DNA of 25,694 bases from an uncultured Candidatus Saccharibacteria bacterium (lineage in GTDB: Bacteria > Patescibacteriota > Minisyncoccia > Minisyncoccales > CAZBVF01). The notes beneath the pieces were generated by a model, which made no database searches, had not been told where the DNA came from, and saw only the letters and a program-made list of their open reading frames with translations. The position numbers and the translations under genes are program-made. Below, piece after piece: positions 25,605 to 25,694 of the stretch; within the stretch, counting starts at the first letter, position 1, and every line of letters starts with the position of its first letter. The DNA lies in contig CAZHQQ010000002.1 in NCBI GenBank assembly GCA_964534925.1, positions 1 to 25,694 on the forward strand, written 5' to 3'.

Positions 25605-25633
25605 TCCGCCAGTCGGCGGAGTCAACCGGCGGA
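25605..25633. repeat. Short GC-rich palindrome TCCGCC-AGTC-GGCGGA with a second GGCGGA half (REP-like)
   Basis: Arms at 25605-10 and 25615-20; extra half at 25628-33. Confidence 0.5.
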
Positions 25634-25694
25634 TAATTTATCTATCCATCGGCAATAAATTTTTCAAGGTATCGGACGTTCAAATCCCAGCGTG

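Noticed and set aside
25642-25694. tRNA (GTTCAAATCC) or partial CDS at the right edge
   Set aside because: The T-arm flanks do not pair. A minus-strand frame (..RWDLNVRYLEKFIADG*) is open but too short to assign.

Overview
AT-rich bacterial chromosome window. Gene content, gene order and the lack of Shine-Dalgarno (SD) sites on core genes suggest Patescibacteria/CPR (Parcubacteria-like); this is inference. From about 4.5 kb to the end it is mostly minus-strand housekeeping: lepB, hisS, rpsU, yqeY, ybeY, ftsA, a tail-less ftsZ, nrdD-nrdG-comEC, a glycosyltransferase/EamA cluster, htrA, clpB and a degenerate trypsin-like paralog. One plus-strand secreted repeat protein interrupts this block. 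The first ~4.4 kb is an accessory island with much non-coding structure. Two toxin-type genes (a Fic AMPylase and a probable RelE/BECR-fold nuclease) are each bracketed by their own 50-67 bp inverted-repeat pair, and all four repeats share a core. Two families of REP-like palindromes separate the modules. A promoter-driven ~60-nt three-way-junction RNA candidate converges on the nuclease gene, and a second hairpin-rich element follows. The island also holds an unannotated 50-aa ORF with no basic residues and a small nucleotide-metabolism operon whose HAD gene appears to start at ATT. No recombinase, transposase or Cas gene is in the window. All product calls come from motif recognition by eye; no database searches were run.
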